Part shown: one piece after another, positions 27,327 to 38,450 of the stretch
Position numbering within the stretch: position 1 is the stretch's first letter
Layout of the letters: the number at the start of each line of letters is the position of its first letter
Source of the DNA: a virus
Strand: one strand, 5' to 3'
Length of the DNA: 64,000 nucleotides
Virus record (IMG/VR): IMGVR_UViG_3300017917_002838
Coordinates: 1-64,000 of that record
Translations under genes and position numbers: made by a program
The notes under the pieces: generated by a model
What the model saw: the letters and a program-made list of their open reading frames with translations, nothing else
Database searches by the model: none
Told to the model about the DNA's origin: nothing

Positions 27327-28944
27327 TTAGGAGTTATCTGCTATCCCTTGATCAATATAGAGCTCTCCATTTGGTCCTATAGAATATTGCAAAGCCATAG
27401 ATTGACCACATTTGAGACAATATGGCTCAAAGTCTAGATCTTTACTAATCTCTATATGCATTTGGGCATTACAGGGACATATATAGTTATATGTCTTATA
27501 TCCATCAAATATGTATAATGTCATTATTGATAAAGTGTAGGGTAGAGGTCTTTCTCGGATAACCCCCGCCATTTATTTTAGTTGTATAATCAATTGTGGC
27601 TACGAGATTATCGGCTATATCGTTAAAATAATATCGATTATCGATAAGTCTCCAACTACGCCAGCCGTCTGGTTCTTCCCAGAAATAATTCATTTTACTG
27701 GTTTTCATCCATCTCCTCCAATTGTTTAGCAAATTCCTTAGTTTCTAGACATTGGCGACAAAGCCATTCTAAATTGCCGATCTCGGCATAGGCGAATAGT
27801 CCTGTTCGCAAACAATATTTACAGCGCATTTTCTTCTCTCTCGTCGCCGCACTTTTCGCCAGCTAATATATAGTCAGTATTATCCATATAAGGGGGATAT
27901 AAAGCATTAGCTATTTGAGTATATAGTTCAGGTTGAGATACCTCTATACTGTCTATAATAGCCATAGCAGCCTCCATACGGTCAATATAGATGCCTTCTC
28001 TTTCATCTGATGCAAAGTATAGCTCTCTATAGGTTTCCCGCTCTTTTTTAACCCTATGTAATTGATCTAATAAATCAATTATTATTTCTTTATATTTATT
28101 TTTAGATGATCCAATCATGCTTCCGCCTTTTCTATTTTGTATCCACTCTGGTCTAGGATATGAATAATATACTGTGCCATCCTTCTAGGTTCGTCTGGTA
28201 GGCCATATTGGTATTGTTTATATAGGCCTTCCTGAAGTATATAAAATGGCGTATCTTTATTCATTACTTATCCTCTTTATCTTTTCTATAAGACTTTCTT
28301 TTCGGTGCTTGCTTACCTACATTAATATAGGTTTCTCGTCTAATTCCGTGCTTATTATAATCAACTCGTACTTCCGGCTTAGCTGTTTTGGGCTTTTCTT
28401 CTTCCATAACAAATCACCTCAACTCTTTTTCAATGGCCTGAATTGTTGGGCAAGGATAGTTAGTCATTTCGCAAGCCATACACATTCCATAGTCGTCTGA
28501 GTGCAATTCTGCTACCGCACGAAGAGCTTTAGTTGGAGCAATAAACTCGACTGGATGACCTATTCTTTTTAGCAATTCATCGTGTGTCATTTGACATCTC
28601 ATTCATATCGTCTATCCAACTATTTATTGTTACAGAGTTTCCAGCCATAATCAATAGCTCCCAAACTCTATGGCATTTTTCACACATACAATTTGGGTCA
28701 TAGGCATTTCCCCATCTAGATTCGTCGTGTATCATTATTATTCCTGGTCAAGCATACTTTTCATATTCCACCAGTTTGCCGGGTGGTCTATATCCACATC
28801 CCCGTGTTCATGTGAATTATCCATAATATCTTCAATATCTTGTTCTATCTTATTTAATTTATTAAGTAATAATAATGTATAAATAAAATTAATAGCTACT
28901 GCCATTACGATCAATACGTTAAATATCATTGGTTCCTTTCGCAA
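27327..28944 (-). CDS. Run of small hypothetical ORFs (e.g. 27819-28118, 28414-28602, 28738-28944)
   Basis: ORF track plus overlapping mini-ORFs; starts uncertain. Confidence 0.5.
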
Positions 28945-29027
28945 CCTATATTATCCTATATATGTAGGGGTTTGTCAATGACAAAAGGCTATGCTGATAC
29001 ACATAGCCTTTTAGATCTAATTAAATA

Positions 29028-29852
29028 TTATGACCAATAAACTACACGACAAAAACCAGAACCTCCTGAGCCTCCAGCAAAACCTGTTCCTGTGTAATTT
29101 GCACCGGCTCCACCACCACCAGATCCAGTATTTGATGTGGCTGATCCACCGGCAGTACCGACACTAGCAGTTCCGCTTCCAGAAACTCCGCCTACGGTAT
29201 TATTGTGAACAGTTATTGCACCGGCACCACCAGCGCCATAATTAAATATTCCAGGTCCTGGAGCGGAATAATTTGTGGAGTAACTTGAAAAACCACCACT
29301 ACCACCTTGAGAACCGGAGCCACCTGGCATAGCAGTAGTAACTGCTGTAAGATTATTTATTGCTGCCCCACCAGCTCCACCCCCACTACCAGCAGAAACG
29401 TTACCACTACTATTAGAGGCTCCACCGCCACCGCCACAACCACCATCTAATCCAGCAATAACGCCACCATTTTGTGGTCCCCTTGCGCCAGCACCACCTC
29501 CAGTTGCTGTCAATAACGCACCAAAAGTAGAGTTACTTCCGTTAGTTCCATTAGAGCCAGCAGTAGTAGCAGTGCCTCCTGCTCCACCGCCACCAATAGT
29601 TACAGTATAAGAAGAGCCAGAGGTTACTGTGATTGTTCTTAATAGAACACCACCACCGCCTCCACCTCCGCCTGCTAAAGCATAACCACCATTACCACTG
29701 GTTCCAACACCACCTCCGCCACCGCCACCTGCAACCAATAATACTTCAACGGTAGTCACATTGGACGGTACAGTAAAAGTACCAGTAGAAGTAAACTCAG
29801 ATACTTTCTGTGTTACTCCACTAGATGGAGCGGGAAATGTTGCTATACCCAA
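29028..29852 (-). CDS. Glycine-rich virion protein, paralog of 10357-11106
   Basis: QKVSEFTSTGTFTVPSN shared. Confidence 0.65.
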   Translation of the reverse strand: MGIATFPAPSSGVTQKVSEFTSTGTFTVPSNVTTVEVLLVAGGGGGGGVGTSGNGGYALAGGGGGGGGVLLRTITVTSGSSYTVTIGGGGAGGTATTAGSNGTNGSNSTFGALLTATGGGAGARGPQNGGVIAGLDGGCGGGGGASNSSGNVSAGSGGGAGGAAINNLTAVTTAMPGGSGSQGGSGGFSSYSTNYSAPGPGIFNYGAGGAGAITVHNNTVGGVSGSGTASVGTAGGSATSNTGSGGGGAGANYTGTGFAGGSGGSGFCRVVYWS

Positions 29853-30032
29853 TTAATTTTCCTCATTCTGAATTGACGGAAAAAATTCTCCACCATCAAT
29901 TCCGTTATTATAATCCCAACCATTTGTATATTCAATATACTTTTCTGGATTTGAAGCAACTACTTCATCTTCAACTCCAACTATAATATTTATAACTTTA
30001 TTGTTTTCTACTACAGCAAATAATCTTTCCAT
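29853..30032 (-). CDS. Small fibre-associated protein
   Basis: FAVVENNKVINIIV motif. Confidence 0.55.
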   Translation of the reverse strand: MERLFAVVENNKVINIIVGVEDEVVASNPEKYIEYTNGWDYNNGIDGGEFFPSIQNEEN

Positions 30033-30040
30033 AATATCTC

Positions 30041-30607
30041 CTATACCCAATACTCAATGTCAATTTTTCCAGAACCGCCAGCAGTTCCAGATTTATTATA
30101 ACCAGTTCCGCCAGATCCACCAGCGCCAATACTGTATGATATAGAATTTCCTGGTGTAGTAACAACAGTTGATGTTATTACTTGACCTGACTGACCAACT
30201 GCTCCTGGAACTAAATGATATTGTGTAGTAGTATTTCCAAACTGACCAAATGCTCCGCCTCCGCCTCCTCCGGCTTGACCAGTATTTGCCGTTCCTGCTG
30301 GCAAAGCATTGAAAGTTATATTTGCATCATTTGTACCAGAAGTTCCTGCAGTAATTCCTGGTCCACCATTTCCGCCTAAAGCTGAAGTTGCTCCGGTAAA
30401 AGTAGTAGTTCCACCAGTACCACCATCAGTTGTAGCTAATGCACCTCCAGTATTTGTTTTAAGTCCACCGCCACCACCGCCACCACCGTATAAAGTAACA
30501 TTAACATAAGTTACTCCAGCTGGAACAGTCCATGATGTACCGCTTGTTAAAGTTACCCTATAACTAGTTTTTCCACTAGATGGTACGGGAAATGTTGCTA
30601 TACCCAA
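30041..30607 (-). CDS. Glycine-rich virion protein
   Basis: SWTVPAGVT..GGGGGG..GGSG.I.I.Y. Confidence 0.65.
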   Translation of the reverse strand: MGIATFPVPSSGKTSYRVTLTSGTSWTVPAGVTYVNVTLYGGGGGGGGLKTNTGGALATTDGGTGGTTTFTGATSALGGNGGPGITAGTSGTNDANITFNALPAGTANTGQAGGGGGGAFGQFGNTTTQYHLVPGAVGQSGQVITSTVVTTPGNSISYSIGAGGSGGTGYNKSGTAGGSGKIDIEYWV

Positions 30608-30625
30608 TTAACTTAAACCTCCAAA

Positions 30626-30886
30626 TTATTCAGCTGGTACTTCAACTACTGGAGAAACAAATTCATCCTTAGCAGGATCATAAGTCATTCCAATTCCAGC
30701 ATAAGTTCCTCTGAAATTACCATTGTATGATGTTTGTACCCATTGGGTATCTTCACCAAAAAGGGACTTGCAGAAAGCGGTTCCAAGAGCTTCCTGCTCT
30801 TGTCCGTTCTCATCTAAAAGAACCTCGTTTGCTACAACAATAACCTGAGTTACTATATTGTTTTCGATCTTTGCAAAATGTGCCAT
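30626..30886 (-). CDS. Small fibre-associated protein
   Basis: MAHFA..WVQTSYN..FR..YAGIG..YD. Confidence 0.65.
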   Translation of the reverse strand: MAHFAKIENNIVTQVIVVANEVLLDENGQEQEALGTAFCKSLFGEDTQWVQTSYNGNFRGTYAGIGMTYDPAKDEFVSPVVEVPAE

Positions 30887-30992
30887 GTTATTACCTTCCT
30901 TTTATTATATATTTATTATACTATATGTTTAACCTATTACAATTACTCTACCACTACCACCAAAACCACCTGATGCACTACTTCCACCATTT

Positions 30993-31898
30993 TTATACCG
31001 CAATTATAATCACTCCTGAACCGCCAGAACCGGGAGATGCTGTCGCATAAGAACCGCCTCCTCCACCACCCCTATTTGCTTGTCCAGAAACGGCAGCGCT
31101 TGGGCTTGATGTTCCGCCATTTCCACCACCTTCATAAGCATAACCAATACCAGAATATGCAGTTCCGCCTCCGCCACCACCGCAATATCCAATTGATGAA
31201 CCAGTCATTGAATTATAAACTCCGGCTCCGCCTGCACCACCACTACCATTTTGACCAGTACCGCCTGTGCCACTTGGTCCACCACCACCGCCACCAGAAA
31301 AAGTTGAATATGCTGTTCCTCCGCCATATGTTCCTATTGTGCTTTTGCCTGCAAATGTGGAACCACTAACTGCACCAGCTCCACCACCTTGTGCCCCGTC
31401 TCCGCCTCTTGATGCTAGATCACTATCGCTTGAACTATTCATTTTTTTACCACCACCGCCTCCACCACTTGATGAAATATTTCCACCATTTAAAAATGTT
31501 ATTGAAGAAACAGATCCACAAGAAGCTGGTGTTGCAGCTGGACTATTAGATGCGCCAGCACCACCTGCTCCAACAGTTATAGTGTGAGCTCCAACTCCAG
31601 TAGAAGGGATATATAATTGAGAAAAATATATATATTCTCCACCGCCACCGCCTCCACCATTATAACCGCCACCGCCTCCACCACCGCCAACTACTAATAC
31701 TTCTGCAAATCCTCCTTGACCAACAATAATATTACCACTTCCAGTAAAAGTATATATAGTTTTACCATTATAACTAGATACAGATGGAGATCCAATTGTG
31801 CTAGTTATTGTTGCATTACCAACACCAGCAACAGTTGCAGGAACAGTGGAAGGATTTTTATCCGAACGACTTGAATAAGGTATTGAATAACTAGGCAT
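30993..31898 (-). CDS. Glycine-rich virion protein
   Basis: Gly-rich, ends GGSGVII. Confidence 0.65.
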   Translation of the reverse strand: MPSYSIPYSSRSDKNPSTVPATVAGVGNATITSTIGSPSVSSYNGKTIYTFTGSGNIIVGQGGFAEVLVVGGGGGGGGYNGGGGGGGEYIYFSQLYIPSTGVGAHTITVGAGGAGASNSPAATPASCGSVSSITFLNGGNISSSGGGGGGKKMNSSSDSDLASRGGDGAQGGGAGAVSGSTFAGKSTIGTYGGGTAYSTFSGGGGGGPSGTGGTGQNGSGGAGGAGVYNSMTGSSIGYCGGGGGGTAYSGIGYAYEGGGNGGTSSPSAAVSGQANRGGGGGGSYATASPGSGGSGVIIIAV

Positions 31899-32848
31899 TA
31901 TGTATACCACCTAAAAACTACTACTCCGGAACCACCGGCACCAGCTGGCATTGCACCAACAGTACCTGTCTGCACATCGGTGTATCTTCCACCGCCACCG
32001 CCACCTCCGGTGTTTGCAGTTCCAGAACCTGCAGCATTTGTATTATATGGAGACGTAGTAACTGTTTCCCAATTTGCTCCATTTCCTCCTCCGCCAATTC
32101 CACCGTAAGAAACTGGCCCATTTCCATTTGTACATCCGCCACCGCCTCCACCACGAACTACATAAGTTCCAGAAATATCAGAACCTTTACCCGGACCTCC
32201 TTGAGAAACTAATACTGATGTTGAAGCAGAAGTTCTGCGCCCAGATCCATCAACTCCTGAACCACCAGCGCCACCTCCACCGCCGCAATTGGTGTCTCCT
32301 CCATAACCCCACGAACTTTGATTAAAAGAATATCCACCCCTGTTACCTTCGCCAGATGTTCCATTTGCGGGAGTAGTACCGCTTGCGCCATTGCCCATTC
32401 CACCACCCGAGCCACCTACCTGAGCATTTTTACCTGTACTATAACCAGAACCACCACCAGAACAAGATATTGTTGTAAAACCAGTTCCAATTACTGAAGA
32501 ATCAGAACCATTTGTTGGTTGACGATTTGTACCAGCCCCTAAATATTGTCTTCCTTCTAAACCACCACCACCAACTGTTACTGTTAGCGTAGAACCTGGA
32601 ATACAAGTTTGATTTTTAAGCTCTCTATATCCACCAGCTCCTCCGCCTCCGCCTTCAGCAATACCTCCACCTCCACCGCCAGCAACAACTAAAACATCAA
32701 TTAAATTTACTCCAGATGGTACGGTAAAAGTTCCACTTGAATTAAATGTTTGATAATTTGCTGTTGTTGGTATGTTTACAGAAGTTGCTGGTACCGTAGA
32801 CGGCATCCTGTCTGAACGACTTGAATTTGGTATTGAATAACTAGGCAT
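31898..32848 (-). CDS. Glycine-rich virion protein
   Basis: Shares MPSYSIP.SSRSD..PSTVPAT with neighbour. Confidence 0.65.
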   Translation of the reverse strand: MPSYSIPNSSRSDRMPSTVPATSVNIPTTANYQTFNSSGTFTVPSGVNLIDVLVVAGGGGGGIAEGGGGGAGGYRELKNQTCIPGSTLTVTVGGGGLEGRQYLGAGTNRQPTNGSDSSVIGTGFTTISCSGGGSGYSTGKNAQVGGSGGGMGNGASGTTPANGTSGEGNRGGYSFNQSSWGYGGDTNCGGGGGAGGSGVDGSGRRTSASTSVLVSQGGPGKGSDISGTYVVRGGGGGGCTNGNGPVSYGGIGGGGNGANWETVTTSPYNTNAAGSGTANTGGGGGGGRYTDVQTGTVGAMPAGAGGSGVVVFRWYT

Positions 32849-32872
32849 CTATTAATTAATCTCCAGTTAAAT

Positions 32873-33556
32873 TTATTTTTTGTTTAAAAGATCTGAAACT
32901 GTACCAGAAGTTGGAACCTTCTTGGGCTTACCACCTTGATAGGCTGATGGTTTAATTACTTCGTTTGAAGTAACTGCACCAGACGGAGTGTTTACCGGTG
33001 GTGTTCCCATTCCAGTTCCATTTTCTGACATTTACTTCTTATCTCCAACTGCACCAAGAACGTTAATTGAATCTGTACCAGTCATATTAAATGTTGATGG
33101 TTGTCCTTGATTATTTACATCAGAAACTTTTGGATTTGGTACATTTACTCCCATAAAAGCTTCGCTATTGCATCCACACATTGCACACATATTATTTACC
33201 TGCCCCGAAATTTCTTGTTTCTTCAATTGTATGAACCATTTTATCTGTAACCCCAGCTTGTCCTTGAGATGAAACATCTTTAGATGGAAAAGCTGTTGAA
33301 GGTGCTTCCGTATAGTTTACAGCTGGAACATTATTTGTTGTCATTACATATTTTCTGATTCTGGGTACATATTAGTTTCTCTGCGATTGCCCATATCATA
33401 TGAACCTTCTGCATTAAATCCTGCATTACCTTGTGTTGACATATCTTTTGCTGGAAATGCCGATGCTGGATTTGCAGCATATTGTACGCCATTCCATACA
33501 GGTGTTGGGTTAATTTTTGGACCTGAGAATCCGTCCATGTTAATTCCGTCTGCCAT
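32873..33556 (-). CDS. Four short low-complexity ORFs (33344-33556, 33192-33344, 33032-33190, 32873-33031)
   Basis: Coupled, RBS-bearing, read manually. Confidence 0.55.
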
Positions 33557-33816
33557 TTTATCTCCTAAATATATAGTATCGGCATATAGCCTATACCAAT
33601 TATAGCACTATTCTTGGTCTAGATCGAAATGATCTTCTGGGCCAGCCATTTCTATATCAAATAAATCATCAGGCATTACCTGATTCATTTTGGCTACCAT
33701 AGATATTATTTTTTCAAATACTGTCATTTTCAATTAACCTATATTCCCGAGAAAGACAAATATAGTTATTTTTAATTTCATCAGATATTTCTCTAGAAAG
33801 ACCAGAAAAGTTAATT

Positions 33817-34215
33817 TCAACTCCATTCGGAGTTGTTTTGTACAGTCTTCCAGTCTGAATCAGATTCTTTAGTTTTGCCTCTATCAATTCTTCCATAATC
33901 ATCCAAATATCTAGTAATGTCGGATTCGTCATAGTCCCCGACTTGTACTTCTATGATTTTGATAGGCCTATCTTTTGAGCTTAATCTGTGGATCTGATTT
34001 TTTTTAATCTTAACCACGTCCCCGACTGACAGGTTTCTATTCTCAACACCTATTATACAGCTTCCCTCTCCAAACACAACAGACCATATTTCTTCTCTAT
34101 TTTTATGTGACTGTAGACTTAGTTGATGATAAGGTTTTATATAAAGTTCTTTTACCTGATATCCATCTCCAGATTGAAGTATTTTAAAATACCCCCAAGG
34201 TCTTTCCTCTATCAA
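33817..34215 (-). CDS. Cupin, mannose-6-phosphate isomerase type II C-terminal-like
   Basis: RPWG, LSLQ.H..R.E.W, IIEVQ.G...E.DI.R..DDYGR. Confidence 0.85.
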   Translation of the reverse strand: MIEERPWGYFKILQSGDGYQVKELYIKPYHQLSLQSHKNREEIWSVVFGEGSCIIGVENRNLSVGDVVKIKKNQIHRLSSKDRPIKIIEVQVGDYDESDITRYLDDYGRIDRGKTKESDSDWKTVQNNSEWS

Positions 34216-34403
34216 TCTTCCTCCTCAAATAATAGATCATCTGGAGTTGGTATTGTAAGAAGAGTACCGCAATGCAAGCAAGATCCATCTAAAAGGTATG
34301 TATCCAGTTCATATGTCTCTGGATCAAATGTAGCAACTATTACAAATAGGTTTGATCCACATGTTGGACATGCTGCACTGGGTATCCCCCTAGAATCTAC
34401 CAC
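34212..34403 (-). CDS. Zn-ribbon protein
   Basis: CPTCG..CLHCG. Confidence 0.6.
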   Translation of the reverse strand: MVDSRGIPSAACPTCGSNLFVIVATFDPETYELDTYLLDGSCLHCGTLLTIPTPDDLLFEEED

Positions 34404-34404
34404 A

Positions 34405-34710
34405 CTACATCCAGCTTTCTAGTTGTTTGACCAGCATGTGCTTAGGAACAGCGCCAGTAATCCTATTTGTTTCAACTCCATTTTTAATTATAATTGTAGT
34501 TGGTATTGTACTAACATTATATTTTTGCGATTGCAATGGATTTTTGTCTACATCAATTTTTGCAATTTTCCAAAAATATTGCTTGTCTACTTCTTCTACT
34601 ATTGGTGAATATCTATGACATGGTACACACCATTCTGCAGAAAAATATAAAACAATTTCTTTATTATCTTCAATATAAATATCTAAATTTTCATCAGTTC
34701 CAATAATCAT
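34405..34710 (-). CDS. Thioredoxin
   Basis: WCVPC, IPT. Confidence 0.88.
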   Translation of the reverse strand: MIIGTDENLDIYIEDNKEIVLYFSAEWCVPCHRYSPIVEEVDKQYFWKIAKIDVDKNPLQSQKYNVSTIPTTIIIKNGVETNRITGAVPKHMLVKQLESWM

Positions 34711-35177
34711 TTTGACTCCACATGTGTAGGCCAAAAATAGTTACAGGTTGAACAACAGGTATATCCTATATCTCGATAATCTGAAAACTGTTCAAAGAAT
34801 CGATACTCGTCTGGATCTTTTTCATATAACCTGCCACGATGACTATAGTGTACGGCTTCATTACCTAGCCACCAAGGAGTGTTTGATTCTACGCCCCAAA
34901 AATTGTCTAAATAGACAGATTCAAATGTCTTCTGCGTATTGTCTTTATATCCTCTAGCAATTACTTCTTTAATAATTTCTTCATTATAAGCAAGTAGCCA
35001 GTCTTCGTGGCCTTCCCACATTTTAACTGCGGGATGATTAGACCAGGCACCGCTCTCATATAATCCAGCTAAAGACTTTAGTATTTGTAGATTTTCTACA
35101 CGCTGTTTCATAAGTCTTTTACGGTCTAGATTTTGGGCACACTCTGTAAAATTTGCTGATGGTAAAAATGTTTGCAT
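34707..35177 (-). CDS. Pyrimidine-dimer DNA glycosylase-like (DenV/MSMEG_6728 family)
   Basis: MQTFLP, LD.KRL.KQRVE, HPAVKMW. Confidence 0.8.
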   Translation of the reverse strand: MQTFLPSANFTECAQNLDRKRLMKQRVENLQILKSLAGLYESGAWSNHPAVKMWEGHEDWLLAYNEEIIKEVIARGYKDNTQKTFESVYLDNFWGVESNTPWWLGNEAVHYSHRGRLYEKDPDEYRFFEQFSDYRDIGYTCCSTCNYFWPTHVESK

Positions 35178-35607
35178 GTGCAATATCCTATCAAATTATG
35201 TCTGTTTGGTCAACAGATTATTCTGTTTCCCACTCTCGGTAATACATTTCTAATTGATTTTGTATGTGATAAAACTTTTTTCTATTTTCCTCATATGCAG
35301 TCAGAATAGCTTGAGGAATATCTATCATTAGATCTTCAGACATAGATGAGTCTGGCTCCCAAACATCATATATGTCAACCTTTGATAAACCAACTTTAGG
35401 CATTCTTTAGTTCCTCTGCTGCTGCATTAAACTTATTCATAAAGTTTTGAACAACAAATAGGGTTATATCAGAAGCATCCTGAGCTAATTGTTTTAGATC
35501 TTCTGGTTTCTGCATATCTTCTGGCATATCTTTTTTTAGATAATAAAAGAGATCATTAGTTACTTCGCCAACAATCTCCTCTAGAACTGTTACTTGTTTT
35601 TCTGACA

Positions 35608-36540
35608 TTATACTAATCCAATCAAGTTAATTTTAATTCCGGTAAAACCTTTAGAACTTTTAACAACAGTTGCATTTGTTTTAATTAAATCAAATATCTG
35701 TTGATAAGTTAATTCTGGTTTGGCTGACTTAATCTTGAGCCATTGACCAGCAGCATATTGTGCAGCAGCAGAAGTTCCGGCAACATTGCTAAAAACTCCA
35801 TTTGGACCAAATACTCTCATATCGCCTAACTCAAATAGATCTGTCTTTGCAGAATCATTATTGCTATATAGATTAATGGAGTCTTGTCTATTTACTGCTC
35901 CAACAGCAATAGCCTCATCAATACATGAAGGCCAATCAATTCTTTTATAGTCATACCCATTTCCCGCTGCCATAAATGTTGGCACACCCAAACTAATTAA
36001 TGATGTTAGTCTTTGCTTTGTGTTGGGCGTGTTAGGGCAATAATTAGGAATATTTGGTAAATTATGATGACCCTGACTCATTGTAACTGCAGCAATATTA
36101 TACTTTTCTTTATTTGCGATAACCCAATCCAGTGCTTGTGTTACAGTTTGTTCATTTGAGACTTGTCTAAATCCAGTAGAAGTATTACCAATAATTCTTA
36201 CAAAAACAATGTTTGCATCTGGATTAGCATTTAGTAATGCTGAAACCATTTTTGTTCCATGATCAAACCCATTTGCAGTTATTAGGTTTGCTGGCATGTT
36301 TGCAGAGCCAACTCCTTCTTGGAAATTCTTTCCATTTGGACAAGAATTCCATTCTAAAATACACACCTCGTAAACAACTTTTCCAGACAATAATGGAAGA
36401 CTAGAATTAATAGCTGTATCCAAAACTGCAATCGTATATCCTGCATTTAAATTATTTAGTTTATTATTAACCTTTGCATGTGCAATATTAGGCACAATAA
36501 GTAGCAGTGCTGTAATTACTGATAGTATTTTTTTATTCAT
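35608..36540 (-). CDS. Secreted subtilisin-like (S8) peptidase
   Basis: Signal peptide, LDT, HGT, AAGN, GTS. Confidence 0.82.
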   Translation of the reverse strand: MNKKILSVITALLLIVPNIAHAKVNNKLNNLNAGYTIAVLDTAINSSLPLLSGKVVYEVCILEWNSCPNGKNFQEGVGSANMPANLITANGFDHGTKMVSALLNANPDANIVFVRIIGNTSTGFRQVSNEQTVTQALDWVIANKEKYNIAAVTMSQGHHNLPNIPNYCPNTPNTKQRLTSLISLGVPTFMAAGNGYDYKRIDWPSCIDEAIAVGAVNRQDSINLYSNNDSAKTDLFELGDMRVFGPNGVFSNVAGTSAAAQYAAGQWLKIKSAKPELTYQQIFDLIKTNATVVKSSKGFTGIKINLIGLV

Positions 36541-36579
36541 GGGTACATCTTACTAAAAAGATGCTAGCCTGTCAATAGG

Positions 36580-37128
36580 CTACAGATCAATAATTGTAAA
36601 GGGTTTACAGACTGCCGTCGAGTATGTTGCAGCAGCTTCTAAGGCCAGCTGAACACGTTTTTTGGGTGCTACAGAGGAACTTGTATAAAGAGACCCCATA
36701 GCAAAATCCATGCCAGCGCCTTCAGCTAAATAAGGCAATTGGTGTTCTCCAACATGGTAATCTTCATCGACATAAAACAACCTGCCAGTACCCTTTACGG
36801 CTACTAAAAATACTCCGCCAGTTTCTTCTGTTCCTGGAGTTGATTCTCCATAGCCATGAAACTTAAATGTATCTTTTACGGAATCAACAAACTTAGTTCT
36901 CATAAATTTGTCAAGATCATTGCTTGGTGTCCATTTTGGTGGAATCCAGTTATATTGTAAAATTTGCCCCATTCTAAAACTATCAACAAAAGCTATGCCA
37001 TATTGACCATTAATAAAAACTTTAGGATCTTTTCTGGCAATAATATATCCACTTTTGTCGTCAACTGCAGAACCATCTGCACCGAGATAAACTTTGTTGT
37101 TATGAACTAATCCAACAACACAAGTCAT
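36580..37128 (-). CDS. HslV/proteasome-beta-like Ntn hydrolase
   Basis: N-terminal Thr (MTC), GAD, K.F, G.G..FA.G.L. Confidence 0.68.
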   Translation of the reverse strand: MTCVVGLVHNNKVYLGADGSAVDDKSGYIIARKDPKVFINGQYGIAFVDSFRMGQILQYNWIPPKWTPSNDLDKFMRTKFVDSVKDTFKFHGYGESTPGTEETGGVFLVAVKGTGRLFYVDEDYHVGEHQLPYLAEGAGMDFAMGSLYTSSSVAPKKRVQLALEAAATYSTAVCKPFTIIDL

Positions 37129-38450
37129 GCTTTTTGCTTTCTCTTGTATGCTCCTATAAGTTGAGGTTGTCTTAGAATAAGTTCATTTAATTTTCCATCA
37201 ATGTCAAATGATCTCATCCAATTTCTTAGACATAAGTATAGAATAATTGGAACCAAGACATCTTGCCCGTTTTTCCATCTATACCATGTAAGCCAGATGG
37301 TAAAGCCATAAAGAGCAAGGCTTATAAATATCGAAATTAAGCCGAATAATTTATTCAATTGAACCCCTATACTATTCTACTATATCTTCTACAGCTTCGT
37401 GCTGTTCCTGCCATAATTGTTCTTCTAACCTTTTAATTACATATAAAGCCTGATCTAATTCATTCTTAATTAGTAAAAACTTTTCTCTGGTTTCATAATA
37501 TTTGTCCTTCCAGATATCTAATTCGTTTTCTACCCTAATTAAATCATCTCTTAATTCTTGCAAATCTGTTCTTAGTACCGAATTGCTTTCTAGTTTTTCT
37601 AATCTTTTTTCTTTCTTTTTTTGTATTCTTAGATCAACCAGCCTAGCGCCAGTTCCACTAAGAACTGCGCCTATAATTCCGGCTAAAATAACAGATATAT
37701 CCATATTAATCTAATTAAATTATATCATCTTTAGACTAATAATTCGTCTGCTAAAATCGCCTCGCCAACATATCTTTTCTTAATAATGTATTCTTTTACA
37801 TGATCTGGGCCATTTTGTCTTCCAGCTAAAATTACAATCCAGCGTGGTTCATATTTAGCTTCAATGCATGTCTCACACATTAAAAGGTTTATTGGCAATA
37901 AACTAGACTTTCTTGGGTTTAGTTTATTTTTTGTTTTATTGCAACTATAGCAAAGTATTTTTTCCATTATTCTTCCTCAATATGATGTATAACAAAACTA
38001 TCTACAATTGTAAAATCACTATTCTCTACCATTACTTCGTACTCGATCCCGTCTTTTTCGTAATGAACCATAGATGCAAACGCTCCCAGGCTTTGTATTT
38101 CTCCATAGATTCTTTCATCATGCAAGAAAACTATAATAAATTCGTCATAGTACTCTTCCACCAGGTCTGCCCTCCAATTCGCATCTTACACCATAAGATT
38201 CAATTATTTTTTTAACCATTTCAATGTAATCAATTATCTTCATTCTTTGAGAATCATTATACTGTTTAAAATTATCTTCATATAGTCTAATAGCGAGAAA
38301 TTCAGGAAACTTTACTATGTTCATTTCTAAGCCCCTTACGGGTTGCTTTATTTCTCTAATCTTTAATGCCATTTCTTTATTATAAAAAACTGGTTTATAT
38401 GGCTCTCCAGTCCAAGGATTTATATTATCTGCCGGATCTAATCTATCCAT
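37125..38450 (-). CDS. Five small hypothetical ORFs (37125, 37372 membrane-anchored coiled coil, 37731 Zn-binding, 37967, 38145)
   Basis: ORF track. Confidence 0.55.

Noticed and set aside
29028-32848. Diversity-generating retroelement acting on the Gly-rich genes
   Set aside because: No reverse transcriptase in the window and no TR/VR pair differing only at adenines was seen.
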